From assembly GCF_000022265.1 (NCBI RefSeq), contig NC_011979.1:1350001-1382000 (forward strand): 32,000 bases of DNA. Reading direction: 5' to 3'. Positions within the stretch are counted from its first letter, which is position 1. Every line of letters starts with the position of its first letter. Below are positions 23,742-32,000 of the stretch, in pieces. Position numbers and translations under genes: made by a program. The DNA is from Geotalea daltonii FRC-32 (GTDB lineage: Bacteria; Desulfobacterota; Desulfuromonadia; Geobacterales; Geobacteraceae). The notes under the pieces were generated by a model. The model was not told the origin of the DNA. It made no database searches and worked only from the letters and a program-made list of their open reading frames with translations.

Positions 23742-26700
23742 ATGCCGTTATGGAAGAAACTCGCCATTGCTGCCGCTGCTTTTTTTACCCTCCTGGTCCT
23801 GTTCGTTGCCTTTGTCCTGCCGGGGATTGTCCGCAGCCAGGCTGAGAAGAAGGTCGGGGCCCTCACCGGAAGAACACTTGCCATCCGCCATATCTCCATC
23901 AACCCTTTGACCATGCGGGTCAAGGTGGATGGTCTGCAAATGCAGGAGCCAGGTGGTAAAATCACCTTCGTTTCCTTCAGCAGCGCCTCGGCGCGACTGA
24001 GCCCCGCTTCCATCTGGCGCCGGGCTCCCATCGTTACCGGCATCCACGTCATCTCTCCCTATGTGCGCATTGTCAGGACCGGCGCCAACAGGTACAATTT
24101 CTCCGACATCCCGGAAAGAATGCCGAAAAGCGAAAAGAAATCATCATCGCCCACCCTTTTTTCCCTCAACAACATTACCGTTACTGGCGGCTCCATCAAT
24201 TTTGACGACCGCGCTGCAAGAACCCCGAAACTGCACACCGTGCGCAGGATGCATATTGCAGTGCCGTTCATCAGCAATATTCCTTATCTGGTAGATCAAT
24301 ACATCCAGCCGCGCTTTGCAGCCGAGGTCAACGGTGCCTCACTGGACCTGACAGGACGGCTCAAACCTTTTCAGAAGGGAATGGAGACCTTGCTGGATGT
24401 GAATCTGACAGATCTGGATATTCCTTACTATGCGGCTTACCTTCCTGTCCGATTGCCGATGGCCATAAAATCGGGAAAGTTCTCCTCGAAGATCGCCATT
24501 TCTTACAGGGTTACCCCTGACAAGAAACCGGTGATTGCCATTACCGGAGATGCGGCAGTGGTGCGGCTGGCCATGGCGGAGAAAAGTGAAGGCGAGCTTC
24601 TTTCCTTTGATCGCTTTGCCATAAAGATCAATCAGGCAGACCTGATGGGGGGCAGTTACGATATCGCTTCGGTCAACCTGGATGCGCCGGTGGTTACCCT
24701 GCTGCGGACGGCAGATGGTCGCTGGCCGAACCAGCGCATGATGCCACCGGCCGCTTTGGCAGGTGAGGAAAAGGCTGAAAAACCAGCGGAAAAGAAGCCC
24801 GCACCCTTGGTGCGTATTGCCGAAATCAGGCTCAACGGCGGCAAGGTGCGTCTGGATGACCGGCTGCCCGCCGGTGGATTCCGCTCCGAAATCCACGAGC
24901 TTACCGCTCTGGTGACCGGTCTTGCCACCAGGGGCGAGGATGCAGCCGATTATGAGATCTCCTTTTCCACAACCAGGGGAGAGCATCTGGAGCTTGCCGG
25001 GGACCTGGCCCTGGAGCCCATGGAGGGATCGGCAATGCTCAATGTTTCCGGTGTTCCCCTGGAAGCCTATCATCCCTACGTGGCGGACCGGTTGACCTCA
25101 CCGGTAAGCGGCAGAGCAGAACTAAATGCCGAGGCCTCCTGGACGAAGGAGGACGGGATTGTTATCGACGATCTGGGGCTTAAGCTGCTGGATGTTGCTG
25201 TCCGGTTAGGCAAAGGTGATGGCGCCCGCATTGGAGAGGCAGTGCTGGCGGGGGGGAAGCTGGACCTGAAGAAAAGAACTGCGGCTGTTGGCTCCATTTC
25301 ATTTCGCAAGGCCAAGGTTGCCGTTACCAGGGATGCTGCCGGAAAGCTTTCCCTGCTGTCCCTGTTGCGTGAAAACAAGCCCTCTGCCAGTGTCAACCCG
25401 GCTAAGACCGTGGCAAAACAGGCTGCTCCCTTCCATTACACTGTCTCATCCGTTGTCGGAAAAGGCATCGATGTCTCCTTTCGCGACGAAGCCCGCAGTT
25501 CTGCTCCCCGTTTCGACCTGAAGTCTATAGATGTCAGCGCAACCGGCATAACTGACATTCTGCGGATACCGATCCCGGTGCGGTTTAACGCCTCCTACGG
25601 CGGCGGGGCTAAACTGTCGGCCAAGGGAAATATCACCCGGGAGCCGCTCCGATACAACGGTGCCGTCCAGGTGAAAAATCTGCCGATTCCCGACTTCAGC
25701 CCCTATTTTCCCGATGATCTGAATATCTATCTGGCCGATGGCAATCTGGACTTGGCGGCGACCTTGGATGTCACCAAGGGTGAGCAGTTGACCGGCAGCT
25801 TTTCCGGCAATATGGGGCTGAGGAATCTCTATGCCCTGGACACGGTGGATACGGACGACCTGCTCAAGTGGGAAAGTTTGCAGGTGGAGGAGGTGCGGGG
25901 AACGCTGAAGCCGCTGGTGGTAAATGTCGGCGGTATTTCCCTGAACAGGTTTCTGGCGCGGCTGGTGGTTGACCGGGAAGGGATCATCAACCTGAAAAAG
26001 ATCCGCTCTGGACCTGTTGCTCAAGCTGCAGTCGCAAATGTCCAACCAGCTCCTGCCGCTGTCCGTGTTGCACCAGACTTACCTTCGCCAGCAGCGGCAC
26101 AACAAAAGCCTGAAGCGGCGCGCCCCGAAATCCGGATCGACACGGTCACTCTCCAGGAGGGAACGGTTTCCTTTCTCGACCAGCACACGCCGCAGCAGTT
26201 CGGCACGACCATGTATAACTTGGGGGGTAGAATCAGCGGCCTGTCCTCGGAGGATTTCCGCTACGCCGACGTTGACCTGCGCGGTGACCTGGACAAACAC
26301 TCGCCGCTCCAGATCACCGGAAAGATCAATCCGCTGTCCCGTGAACTCTTCGCCGACCTGAAAGTGCGCTTCACCGATATCGAACTGAGCCCGGTTACCC
26401 CCTATGCCGGCACCTATCTCGGTTATGAGATCGACAAGGGAAAGCTCTTCCTCGACCTTACCTACAAGATCGAGAAAAAGACCCTGAATGCCCAGAACAA
26501 GGTCTTCATCGACCAGTTTACATTCGGTAAGGGGGTGGATAGCGGCAAGGCCACCAAGCTTCCCGTTCGCCTCGCCGTCGCCCTGCTCAAGGACCGCCAT
26601 GGCGAGATCCATCTGGATTTGCCGGTGACCGGGCGGACCGATGACCCGGAATTCAGCATTTTCGGGGTTGTTCTGACGGTGCTTAAGAACCTGTTGGTGA

Positions 26701-27329
26701 AGGCGGCAACGGCACCGTTCGCCCTGCTCCAGTCGGCATTCAGCGGGGGTGAAGACCTGAGCAACGTAAATTTTGCCTATGGTTCATCACAGTTGAGCGC
26801 TGAGGAACGGACGAAAGTGGCCAAGCTGGCCGGAGCACTGGAACAGCGGCCGGGGGTGAAGCTGGAAATGACCGCTTATGTGGATCGGGAAAAGGATGCG
26901 GAAGGTTATCGCAACGAACTTTTGGCGAGGAAAATGAAGGGAGAGAAATTTGCCGCCCTGGTGAAGGAGCGAAAGAATGCGCCGGGAGAAACTCCGGAAA
27001 AGATGGAGATCCTGCCGGCAGAGCATGACCTCTACCTGAAGGCGGTCTATGTGAAGGAGAAATTTCCTAAACCCCGTAACGCTTTGGGTTTCGTCAAGGA
27101 CATCCCGGCTCCCGAGATGAAAAAGCTCATTCTTGCCAACACCCTGATCGGCGACCCGCAGCTCCAGGCCCTTTCCCGTGAGCGTGTTGCCGCCGTCCGC
27201 ACACTGCTCATCAGCGAAGGGAATCTGCCACCTGAAAGAATCTTTGAAAAGGGGGGGGACATGCTCCACCCGCCGGAAAAGAAGGGACAGCCGTTAAGCC
27301 GGGTCGAATTCGGCGTTAATGTTCAGTAG
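23742..27329 (+). CDS. Large DUF748/AsmA-like envelope protein with an OmpA-like C-terminal motif pattern
   Basis: 1195 aa from ATG 23742 (GGAGG RBS). N-terminal TM anchor KKLAIAAAAFFTLLVLFVAFVLPG. Long beta-rich repetitive body with two Pro/Ala/Lys linkers. The C-terminus resembles a split OmpA_C domain (NFAYGSSQLS...KLEMTAYVD ... LSRERVAAVRTLL ... RVEF). Confidence 0.85.
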   Translation: MPLWKKLAIAAAAFFTLLVLFVAFVLPGIVRSQAEKKVGALTGRTLAIRHISINPLTMRVKVDGLQMQEPGGKITFVSFSSASARLSPASIWRRAPIVTGIHVISPYVRIVRTGANRYNFSDIPERMPKSEKKSSSPTLFSLNNITVTGGSINFDDRAARTPKLHTVRRMHIAVPFISNIPYLVDQYIQPRFAAEVNGASLDLTGRLKPFQKGMETLLDVNLTDLDIPYYAAYLPVRLPMAIKSGKFSSKIAISYRVTPDKKPVIAITGDAAVVRLAMAEKSEGELLSFDRFAIKINQADLMGGSYDIASVNLDAPVVTLLRTADGRWPNQRMMPPAALAGEEKAEKPAEKKPAPLVRIAEIRLNGGKVRLDDRLPAGGFRSEIHELTALVTGLATRGEDAADYEISFSTTRGEHLELAGDLALEPMEGSAMLNVSGVPLEAYHPYVADRLTSPVSGRAELNAEASWTKEDGIVIDDLGLKLLDVAVRLGKGDGARIGEAVLAGGKLDLKKRTAAVGSISFRKAKVAVTRDAAGKLSLLSLLRENKPSASVNPAKTVAKQAAPFHYTVSSVVGKGIDVSFRDEARSSAPRFDLKSIDVSATGITDILRIPIPVRFNASYGGGAKLSAKGNITREPLRYNGAVQVKNLPIPDFSPYFPDDLNIYLADGNLDLAATLDVTKGEQLTGSFSGNMGLRNLYALDTVDTDDLLKWESLQVEEVRGTLKPLVVNVGGISLNRFLARLVVDREGIINLKKIRSGPVAQAAVANVQPAPAAVRVAPDLPSPAAAQQKPEAARPEIRIDTVTLQEGTVSFLDQHTPQQFGTTMYNLGGRISGLSSEDFRYADVDLRGDLDKHSPLQITGKINPLSRELFADLKVRFTDIELSPVTPYAGTYLGYEIDKGKLFLDLTYKIEKKTLNAQNKVFIDQFTFGKGVDSGKATKLPVRLAVALLKDRHGEIHLDLPVTGRTDDPEFSIFGVVLTVLKNLLVKAATAPFALLQSAFSGGEDLSNVNFAYGSSQLSAEERTKVAKLAGALEQRPGVKLEMTAYVDREKDAEGYRNELLARKMKGEKFAALVKERKNAPGETPEKMEILPAEHDLYLKAVYVKEKFPKPRNALGFVKDIPAPEMKKLILANTLIGDPQLQALSRERVAAVRTLLISEGNLPPERIFEKGGDMLHPPEKKGQPLSRVEFGVNVQ

Positions 27330-27442
27330 CCTTAAGGAGTGGTAGAGGAATATGTTGGCTGGCACTTATCCTGTTTTGCGCAAAAATATTTAACCCTTCT
27401 TGATGGTGATAAATGTAGGTCCATCTGGGAATTCTGTGAAAT

Positions 27443-27580
27443 AAAGGCAGTCGCGACATCGCCCGTTCGCTCTGTCGCCACAGCCGCGGACCTTGCGGTG
27501 TCGCCCGTGTAATTAGTGCATGATGCTTGAATCGGCGGGTGTCCGCTCGCCGCTCACTCCCGATGCCACGACTGCTTTCC
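27443..27580. repeat. Long GC-rich imperfect palindromic intergenic element (E3)
   Basis: Closing helix GCAGTCG (27447-27453) / CGACTGC (27569-27575) and CATCG (27457-27461) / CGATG (27561-27565). GC-rich interior with a CCGC-GGACCTT-GCGG hairpin. It lies between the DUF748 stop and the MCP promoter. Confidence 0.45.
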
Positions 27581-27621
27581 TTCGGAAATATCTGAAGAAC
27601 CTAAATTTAAAGATGCTGCCC

Positions 27622-27648
27622 TCAATAAAACGAGGTTTCCGCCGATAA
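27622..27648 (+). promoter_or_regulatory. Sigma-28 (FliA)-type promoter for the MCP gene
   Basis: TCAA-N15-GCCGATAA, with a perfect 8/8 match to the sigma-28 -10 consensus GCCGATAA at 27641-27648 and a 3/4 match to the -35 TAAA. About 38 nt upstream of the MCP ATG. Confidence 0.55.
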
Positions 27649-27685
27649 GTGTCAGTAGAAACCAGCAACTTATTGGAGGGAAGCA

Positions 27686-28867
27686 ATGGAACGGCTCTGG
27701 AACTGTTATCTTAATTTTTCAATCAAGGTGAGGCTGTCCACCCTCTGCATCTGCTACAGCCTTTGCATCATCGCTACAGCCCTCGCCGCCCAGTCGGATT
27801 ACCTGCTGGTCAAGTACGGCTCGATGCTGCTCTTTATCATAGCCGGCGGCTTTTTCGGCTGGATCAACATCTGGTCCATCAACAGGCCGATTCAGAGATC
27901 CATAAGCTATCTGCAGACGATGGCCGCCGGTGACCTGAGCCAGGAGATCACGGTGCTGCGCAAGAATGAGTTCAGCAGAATGTTGACGGCGATGATCGAA
28001 CTGCAGAGCTCCATGCGCGAGATCATTTCGGGGATCAAGGCCACGGCGGGAGAGCTGACCAATGCATCCTGCCTGCTTTCGTCAACTTCGGCCGACATCG
28101 TCCATGGCACCGATGACGCTTCCAGCCAGTCGGACAGTGTTACCTGCGCCGTAGGCGAGCTGTCCATGGTCAGCGTCACCATTTCCGGAAATTGTCAGGA
28201 GATGGCTGATAAAGCGGCGGCAACAGAGGCTGCTACTAGGACCGGGACAGAGACAGTCGCCGGCATGTCGGCAGTCATGGCAGAGATAGAGCGGATGGTG
28301 ATCAACACCATGGATGCAGTCAAGGCCCTTGGGGAGAATTCCGAGCGCATCGGCACCATAATCGATGCCATCGAGGATATAGCTGACCAGACCAATCTTC
28401 TTGCGCTCAACGCGGCCATAGAGGCGGCCAGGGCCGGAGAACAGGGACGAGGATTCGCCGTTGTCGCCGACGAGGTGCGCAGCCTTGCAGAACGGACGAC
28501 CTCCTCCACCAAGGAAATACAGTCGATAATCGCAGCCCTTCAGGGGGATGTGAAAAACGTGGTGACGCTAATGGATAAAAGCGCTGACAGCGTGCGTAAT
28601 GGCGCCCAGGATGTCCAGCTTTCCACCCAGGCTATCAGTACCATCAGCGAGCAGATCGCTCCCCTTGTGGAAAGGGTTTCCCAAGTGGCGACGGCAGCAG
28701 AGGAACAGTCTGCAACCAGCGCCGGCATAACGGAAAGTATGCAGCGCATTTCGCAGATTATTCATAGTGCGGCAACTGGAGCCCACGAAACGGCAAATGC
28801 TGCTGCGGTGCTTGCCAGCTCTTCATCAAATCTGGAGCAGATGGTGAACCGCTTCAAGCTCCAATGA
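27686..28867 (+). CDS. Methyl-accepting chemotaxis protein (short N-terminal membrane hairpin, HAMP, MA domain)
   Basis: 393 aa. Highly conserved signalling hairpin LLALNAAIEAARAGEQGRGFAVVADEVRSLAERT. GGAGGG RBS. Confidence 0.93.
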   Translation: MERLWNCYLNFSIKVRLSTLCICYSLCIIATALAAQSDYLLVKYGSMLLFIIAGGFFGWINIWSINRPIQRSISYLQTMAAGDLSQEITVLRKNEFSRMLTAMIELQSSMREIISGIKATAGELTNASCLLSSTSADIVHGTDDASSQSDSVTCAVGELSMVSVTISGNCQEMADKAAATEAATRTGTETVAGMSAVMAEIERMVINTMDAVKALGENSERIGTIIDAIEDIADQTNLLALNAAIEAARAGEQGRGFAVVADEVRSLAERTTSSTKEIQSIIAALQGDVKNVVTLMDKSADSVRNGAQDVQLSTQAISTISEQIAPLVERVSQVATAAEEQSATSAGITESMQRISQIIHSAATGAHETANAAAVLASSSSNLEQMVNRFKLQ

Positions 28868-28892
28868 CAACCAAATCATTCCGGGGACTCCG

Positions 28893-28919
28893 GCCTCGCT
28901 TACGGCGAGGCTTTTTTTT
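28893..28919 (+). terminator. Rho-independent terminator after the MCP gene
   Basis: GCCTCGC-TTACG-GCGAGGC followed by T8. Confidence 0.8.
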
Positions 28920-29026
28920 ATGCTTTACCGAGGGCTGTTAATGGTTTATGCCGAGAAACCTGTTTACAAACGTGTATAATTTCTTTAAATTTAGCCAATT
29001 TATAGCGCCTGGCAGGAGAAATTCCA

Positions 29027-30118
29027 ATGGAAAATCTGAAAAATACCCCCCTCTTGTCGCGACACCAAGAGTTGCATGCCCTGCTTGCCCCTTTTGGCGG
29101 TTGGAATATGCCGATCCAGTATGAGGGGATCATAGCCGAACACAAGTGGTGTCGGGAGATGGCAGGCCTTTTCGACATCTGCCATATGGGGGAGTTTCTC
29201 TTTAAGGGGGATATTGAGACGAGCGGTCTTGAGGAGGTCTTCACCTTCTCCGTTAAATCAATCCCCGTCGGCCGTTCACGCTATGGATTTCTCCTCAACG
29301 AAAACGGCGGTATTATCGACGACCTGATCGTTTTTCGGCTGGGTGAGGAAGAGGCCATGGTCGTGGTCAATGCCGCCACCATCGACAACGATTTCGCCGT
29401 CATCCAGTCGCGGCTCAAGCAGGGGACATCCTTCACCAACATATCGGCCGCCACCGGCAAGCTGGATCTTCAGGGTCCCCTTTCCCGGCAGCTGCTGGCG
29501 GAAAAGTTCGGGCCTGAACTGGCTGCCATCCCCTACTTCAAGTTCGTCAAAACGAGGCTTTTGGGCGTCGATGCCATAGTCAGCCGCACCGGTTATACCG
29601 GCGAGCTGGGTTACGAGATTTTTCTGCCGGCGGAGAAGGTTGCCGAGCTGTGGGATCTGCTCCTTGCCGACCAGCGGGTAAAGCCGGCCGGTCTGGGGGC
29701 TCGGGACGTGCTCCGCCTGGAGGTAGGCTACAGCCTTTATGGAAGCGACATTGACGAATCGACGACCCCCCTGGAAGCTGGTCTTGGTGCTTTCGTCAAC
29801 CTTGATAAGGAATTCATCGGCCGTGAGGCTTTGAGGAAGCAGCAGCAGACAGGACTACCCAGAGTCAAAGCTGCATTTCAGGTACAATCACGGCGGTCGC
29901 CACGGCACCACTACGAGATCTGCTTCGAAGGGGAGACCGTCGGTACGGTGACCAGCGGCGTCTTTTCCCCCATGCTCGGTTGCGGCATCGGTATCGGCTA
30001 TGTGCCGCCGGAGATAGCAACCCTTGGGGCACAGGTTACCATCAGGCACGAAAAGGTGGCCATGGAAGCCAGTGTGGTGGAACTGCCCTTTTACAGGGGT
30101 GGTTCGCTCCGCTCGTAA
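29027..30118 (+). CDS. gcvT: Glycine cleavage system aminomethyltransferase (T protein)
   Basis: 363 aa. FGGWNMPIQYEGIIAEHKWCREMAGLFDICHMGEF and SRTGYTGELGYEIF motifs. Confidence 0.95.
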   Translation: MENLKNTPLLSRHQELHALLAPFGGWNMPIQYEGIIAEHKWCREMAGLFDICHMGEFLFKGDIETSGLEEVFTFSVKSIPVGRSRYGFLLNENGGIIDDLIVFRLGEEEAMVVVNAATIDNDFAVIQSRLKQGTSFTNISAATGKLDLQGPLSRQLLAEKFGPELAAIPYFKFVKTRLLGVDAIVSRTGYTGELGYEIFLPAEKVAELWDLLLADQRVKPAGLGARDVLRLEVGYSLYGSDIDESTTPLEAGLGAFVNLDKEFIGREALRKQQQTGLPRVKAAFQVQSRRSPRHHYEICFEGETVGTVTSGVFSPMLGCGIGIGYVPPEIATLGAQVTIRHEKVAMEASVVELPFYRGGSLRS

Positions 30119-30153
30119 AATAGATGTCATCATATTTGAAATAATATGGGAGG

Positions 30154-30534
30154 ATGGCCATGGAAACGTATTACAGCAAGGAACATGAGTGGGTCAAGAT
30201 CAAGGACGGCGTTGCCAGTGTCGGCATCAGCGAGCATGCTGCCCGCGAACTGGGTGACATCACCTTTGTCGAACTTCCCCAGGTGGGTAAGACGGTCAAG
30301 CAGTTTGACGTCCTTGCCGGCATTGAGTCGGTCAAAGCGGCCAGCGACATCTACGCCCCCCTTTCCGGTAAGGTGATCAAGATCAACGAGGCCCTTGAAG
30401 GCGCCCCCGAGATTGTCAACGAGGCGGCCGAGGAAGCGGGCTGGATTGCCTGGCTGGAACCGGCCGACCTCGGCGAGGTGAAGAACCTGATGAGCAAAGA
30501 GGAATACGACAACTACCTGAAAGGGCTTGCCTGA
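30154..30534 (+). CDS. gcvH: Glycine cleavage system H protein (lipoyl carrier)
   Basis: 126 aa. YSKEHEWVK...[19 protein letters not shown]...[15 protein letters not shown], with the lipoyl-Lys in ESVKA. Confidence 0.95.
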   Translation: MAMETYYSKEHEWVKIKDGVASVGISEHAARELGDITFVELPQVGKTVKQFDVLAGIESVKAASDIYAPLSGKVIKINEALEGAPEIVNEAAEEAGWIAWLEPADLGEVKNLMSKEEYDNYLKGLA

Positions 30535-31862
30535 TGAGTTACTGTCCCAACACGCCGGAAGATATCCGGGAGATGCTGGCCGCCATTGGCAAGGGCAGTG
30601 TCGAGGAGCTGTTCGAGCCGATTCACCATACGCTACGGGCAAAATCCTTCAATCTGCCTGCCGGTATTTCGGAACAGGAACTGCTGGTGAAGATGCAGGA
30701 GTTGGCGGCTTGCGATCGGCACCTGATCAACTTCATCGGCGGCGGTTACTACGATCATCATATTCCGGCGGTTGTGGACCATCTCTCCGGTCGCGCCGAG
30801 TTTTATACCGCCTATACTCCTTACCAGCCGGAATGTTCCCAGGGGACCCTGCAGGCACTCTTCGAGTACCAGACTGCCATCTGCAGACTGACCGGCATGG
30901 AGGTGAGCAATGCATCCCTCTATGACGGCGGCACCGCACTGGCAGAGGCGGCCATGATGGCCCTGCGCATCACCGGCCGGAACCGGGTCGTCATCGATGC
31001 CTCCGTCAACCCTTTTGCCCGGCAGATTGTCGCCACCTACCTGAAGAACATCGGAGTCGAGATGGTGGAGATACCCACCAGTTCCGGCAGTGCCGACCGC
31101 TCGGCCCTGACCGAGGCCCTCACCGGGGATGTGGCTGCAGTCATGGTGCAAAATCCAAACTTCTTCGGTTCCATCGAAGACCTGACAGCCATTTCCCAGG
31201 CTGCCCATGCCAAGGGTGCGCTCCTCGTAACTTCGGTCTATCCCATCAGTCTGGGACTAATCAAGAGTCCCGGAGAAATGGGGGCCGATATCGTCGTCGG
31301 CGATGGACAGAGCCTGGGTAATCCCCTCGCCTTCGGCGGGCCCTCCTTCGGTTTCATTGCCACCACGAAAAAATATATCCGCAACCTGCCTGGCCGCATC
31401 ATCGGCGAGACCATCGACAAGGAAGGCCGCCGCGGCTTTGTTCTTACACTGCAGGCCAGGGAGCAGCACATCAAGAGGCACAAGGCCACCTCCAACATCT
31501 GCAGCAACCAGAGCCTCTGTGCCCTGCGCGGCCTGATCTTCCTTGCCAGCGTCGGCAAGGAGGGGATGGTGGAACTGGCCAATCTCAACCGGGACAAGGC
31601 CGAGTACGCCAAGGAAAGACTGGGCTCCATCAGGGGGGTGAGAGTCCTGAACCGTGGCGCAACTTTCAATGAATTTACTCTGGAACTGCCGAAAGATGCT
31701 GCAGATGTTGTGCGAACCCTTATGGAAAAGGGCATTGCTGCCGGGGTGCCCCTTGGAGAATACTATGCCGGCATGGCCAACTGCATGGTGGTCACGGTGA
31801 CGGAAAAACGGTCCAGGGGCGAGATCGAGGCACTGGCCGAGGCGCTGGAGGCGTCACTATGA
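30534..31862 (+). CDS. gcvPA: Glycine dehydrogenase (aminomethyl-transferring) subunit 1
   Basis: 442 aa. [18 protein letters not shown]...[24 protein letters not shown]. The start overlaps the gcvH stop (TGATG). Confidence 0.95.
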   Translation: MSYCPNTPEDIREMLAAIGKGSVEELFEPIHHTLRAKSFNLPAGISEQELLVKMQELAACDRHLINFIGGGYYDHHIPAVVDHLSGRAEFYTAYTPYQPECSQGTLQALFEYQTAICRLTGMEVSNASLYDGGTALAEAAMMALRITGRNRVVIDASVNPFARQIVATYLKNIGVEMVEIPTSSGSADRSALTEALTGDVAAVMVQNPNFFGSIEDLTAISQAAHAKGALLVTSVYPISLGLIKSPGEMGADIVVGDGQSLGNPLAFGGPSFGFIATTKKYIRNLPGRIIGETIDKEGRRGFVLTLQAREQHIKRHKATSNICSNQSLCALRGLIFLASVGKEGMVELANLNRDKAEYAKERLGSIRGVRVLNRGATFNEFTLELPKDAADVVRTLMEKGIAAGVPLGEYYAGMANCMVVTVTEKRSRGEIEALAEALEASL

Positions 31863-32000
31863 AACTGATTTTCGAACAATCCGTGCCGGGAAGGCGCGGC
31901 CTGAAGCTGCCTATAGCCGATGTGCCCAAGGCTGCCCCTTTGCCGGACAATCTTGTGCGCTTTGAACCTGCACAACTCCCAGAGGTGAGCGAGCTGGACC
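31859..32000 (+). CDS. gcvPB: Glycine dehydrogenase subunit 2, N-terminal part (continues beyond the window)
   Basis: ATGA overlap with the gcvPA stop. Reads [47 protein letters not shown], the typical GcvPB N-terminus. Confidence 0.85.
   Translation, partial: MKLIFEQSVPGRRGLKLPIADVPKAAPLPDNLVRFEPAQLPEVSELD

Noticed and set aside
27356-27381. TGGCAC...TTTGC, resembling a sigma-54 promoter after the DUF748 gene.
   Set aside because: The spacing between TGGCAC and TTGC is 10 nt instead of 5. At the correct distance the -12 GC is replaced by GT, so it is unlikely to be functional.
27330-27685. Possible c-di-GMP (GEMM-I/II) or cGAMP riboswitch in the 356-nt region upstream of the MCP gene, since these are common in Geobacter.
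   Set aside because: I could not find the conserved GEMM features (GNRA tetraloop/receptor arrangement, ACGCAAAGC-like core). A sigma-28-type promoter close to the ATG also leaves only a roughly 30-nt leader.
28868-29026. Expected a glycine riboswitch upstream of gcvT.
   Set aside because: No tandem aptamer signatures (GGAGAG...ACCGAAGGGGCAA-type cores) appear in the 159-nt region. It holds only the MCP terminator, an AT-rich stretch with a TATAAT at 28975-28980, and the RBS. The operon seems to lack this riboswitch.

Overview
This window looks like ordinary core chromosome from a Geobacter-like Desulfuromonadales deltaproteobacterium. That taxon call is an inference from gene content, moderately high GC and sigma-54/sigma-28 promoter types. 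I found no CRISPR array, transposase, integrase, prophage or recognisable defence genes, and no rRNA. The only stable RNA gene is tRNA-Phe.

Gene order:
- tatA (partial), an orphan CheY-type receiver, uvrB, pcnB
- a small redox/nitrosative-stress cluster: a YgbA-like Cys-rich protein, a 4Fe-4S protein and a 2-Cys peroxiredoxin
- two tandem TIGR04073-type small secreted proteins, and a tiny secreted Lys/Ala/Pro-rich polycation
- a fused radical-SAM protein (TIGR03960 + DUF2344 type) followed by RNase G
- purT, a mini-Rieske protein, rplU-rpmA-obg, hemB
- a cupin, an RNase Z-like MBL hydrolase, two tandem sensor histidine kinases
- a translation-accessory cluster: YciH/SUI1, an S4-domain protein, EF-P-like EfpL/YeiP and tRNA-Phe
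- a 1195-aa DUF748/AsmA-like envelope protein, an MCP, and gcvT-gcvH-gcvPA-gcvPB (the last partial)

I see no clear novel multi-gene system. The observations most worth follow-up are:
1. The uncharacterised radical-SAM/DUF2344 fusion coupled to RNase G, preceded by an orphan intrinsic terminator.
2. Three long GC-rich imperfect-palindrome elements sitting just after the stop codons of + strand genes.
3. A promoter-plus-terminator unit (candidate sRNA) upstream of a sigma-54 promoter that drives the histidine-kinase pair.
4. A 179-bp tail-to-tail ORF overlap between the MBL hydrolase and a kinase that appears to have lost its usual stop codon.
5. The YciH / S4 / EfpL / tRNA-Phe clustering.
6. 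A sigma-54-driven secreted polycationic mini-protein.

All family names are recalled from sequence motifs; no database search was run.
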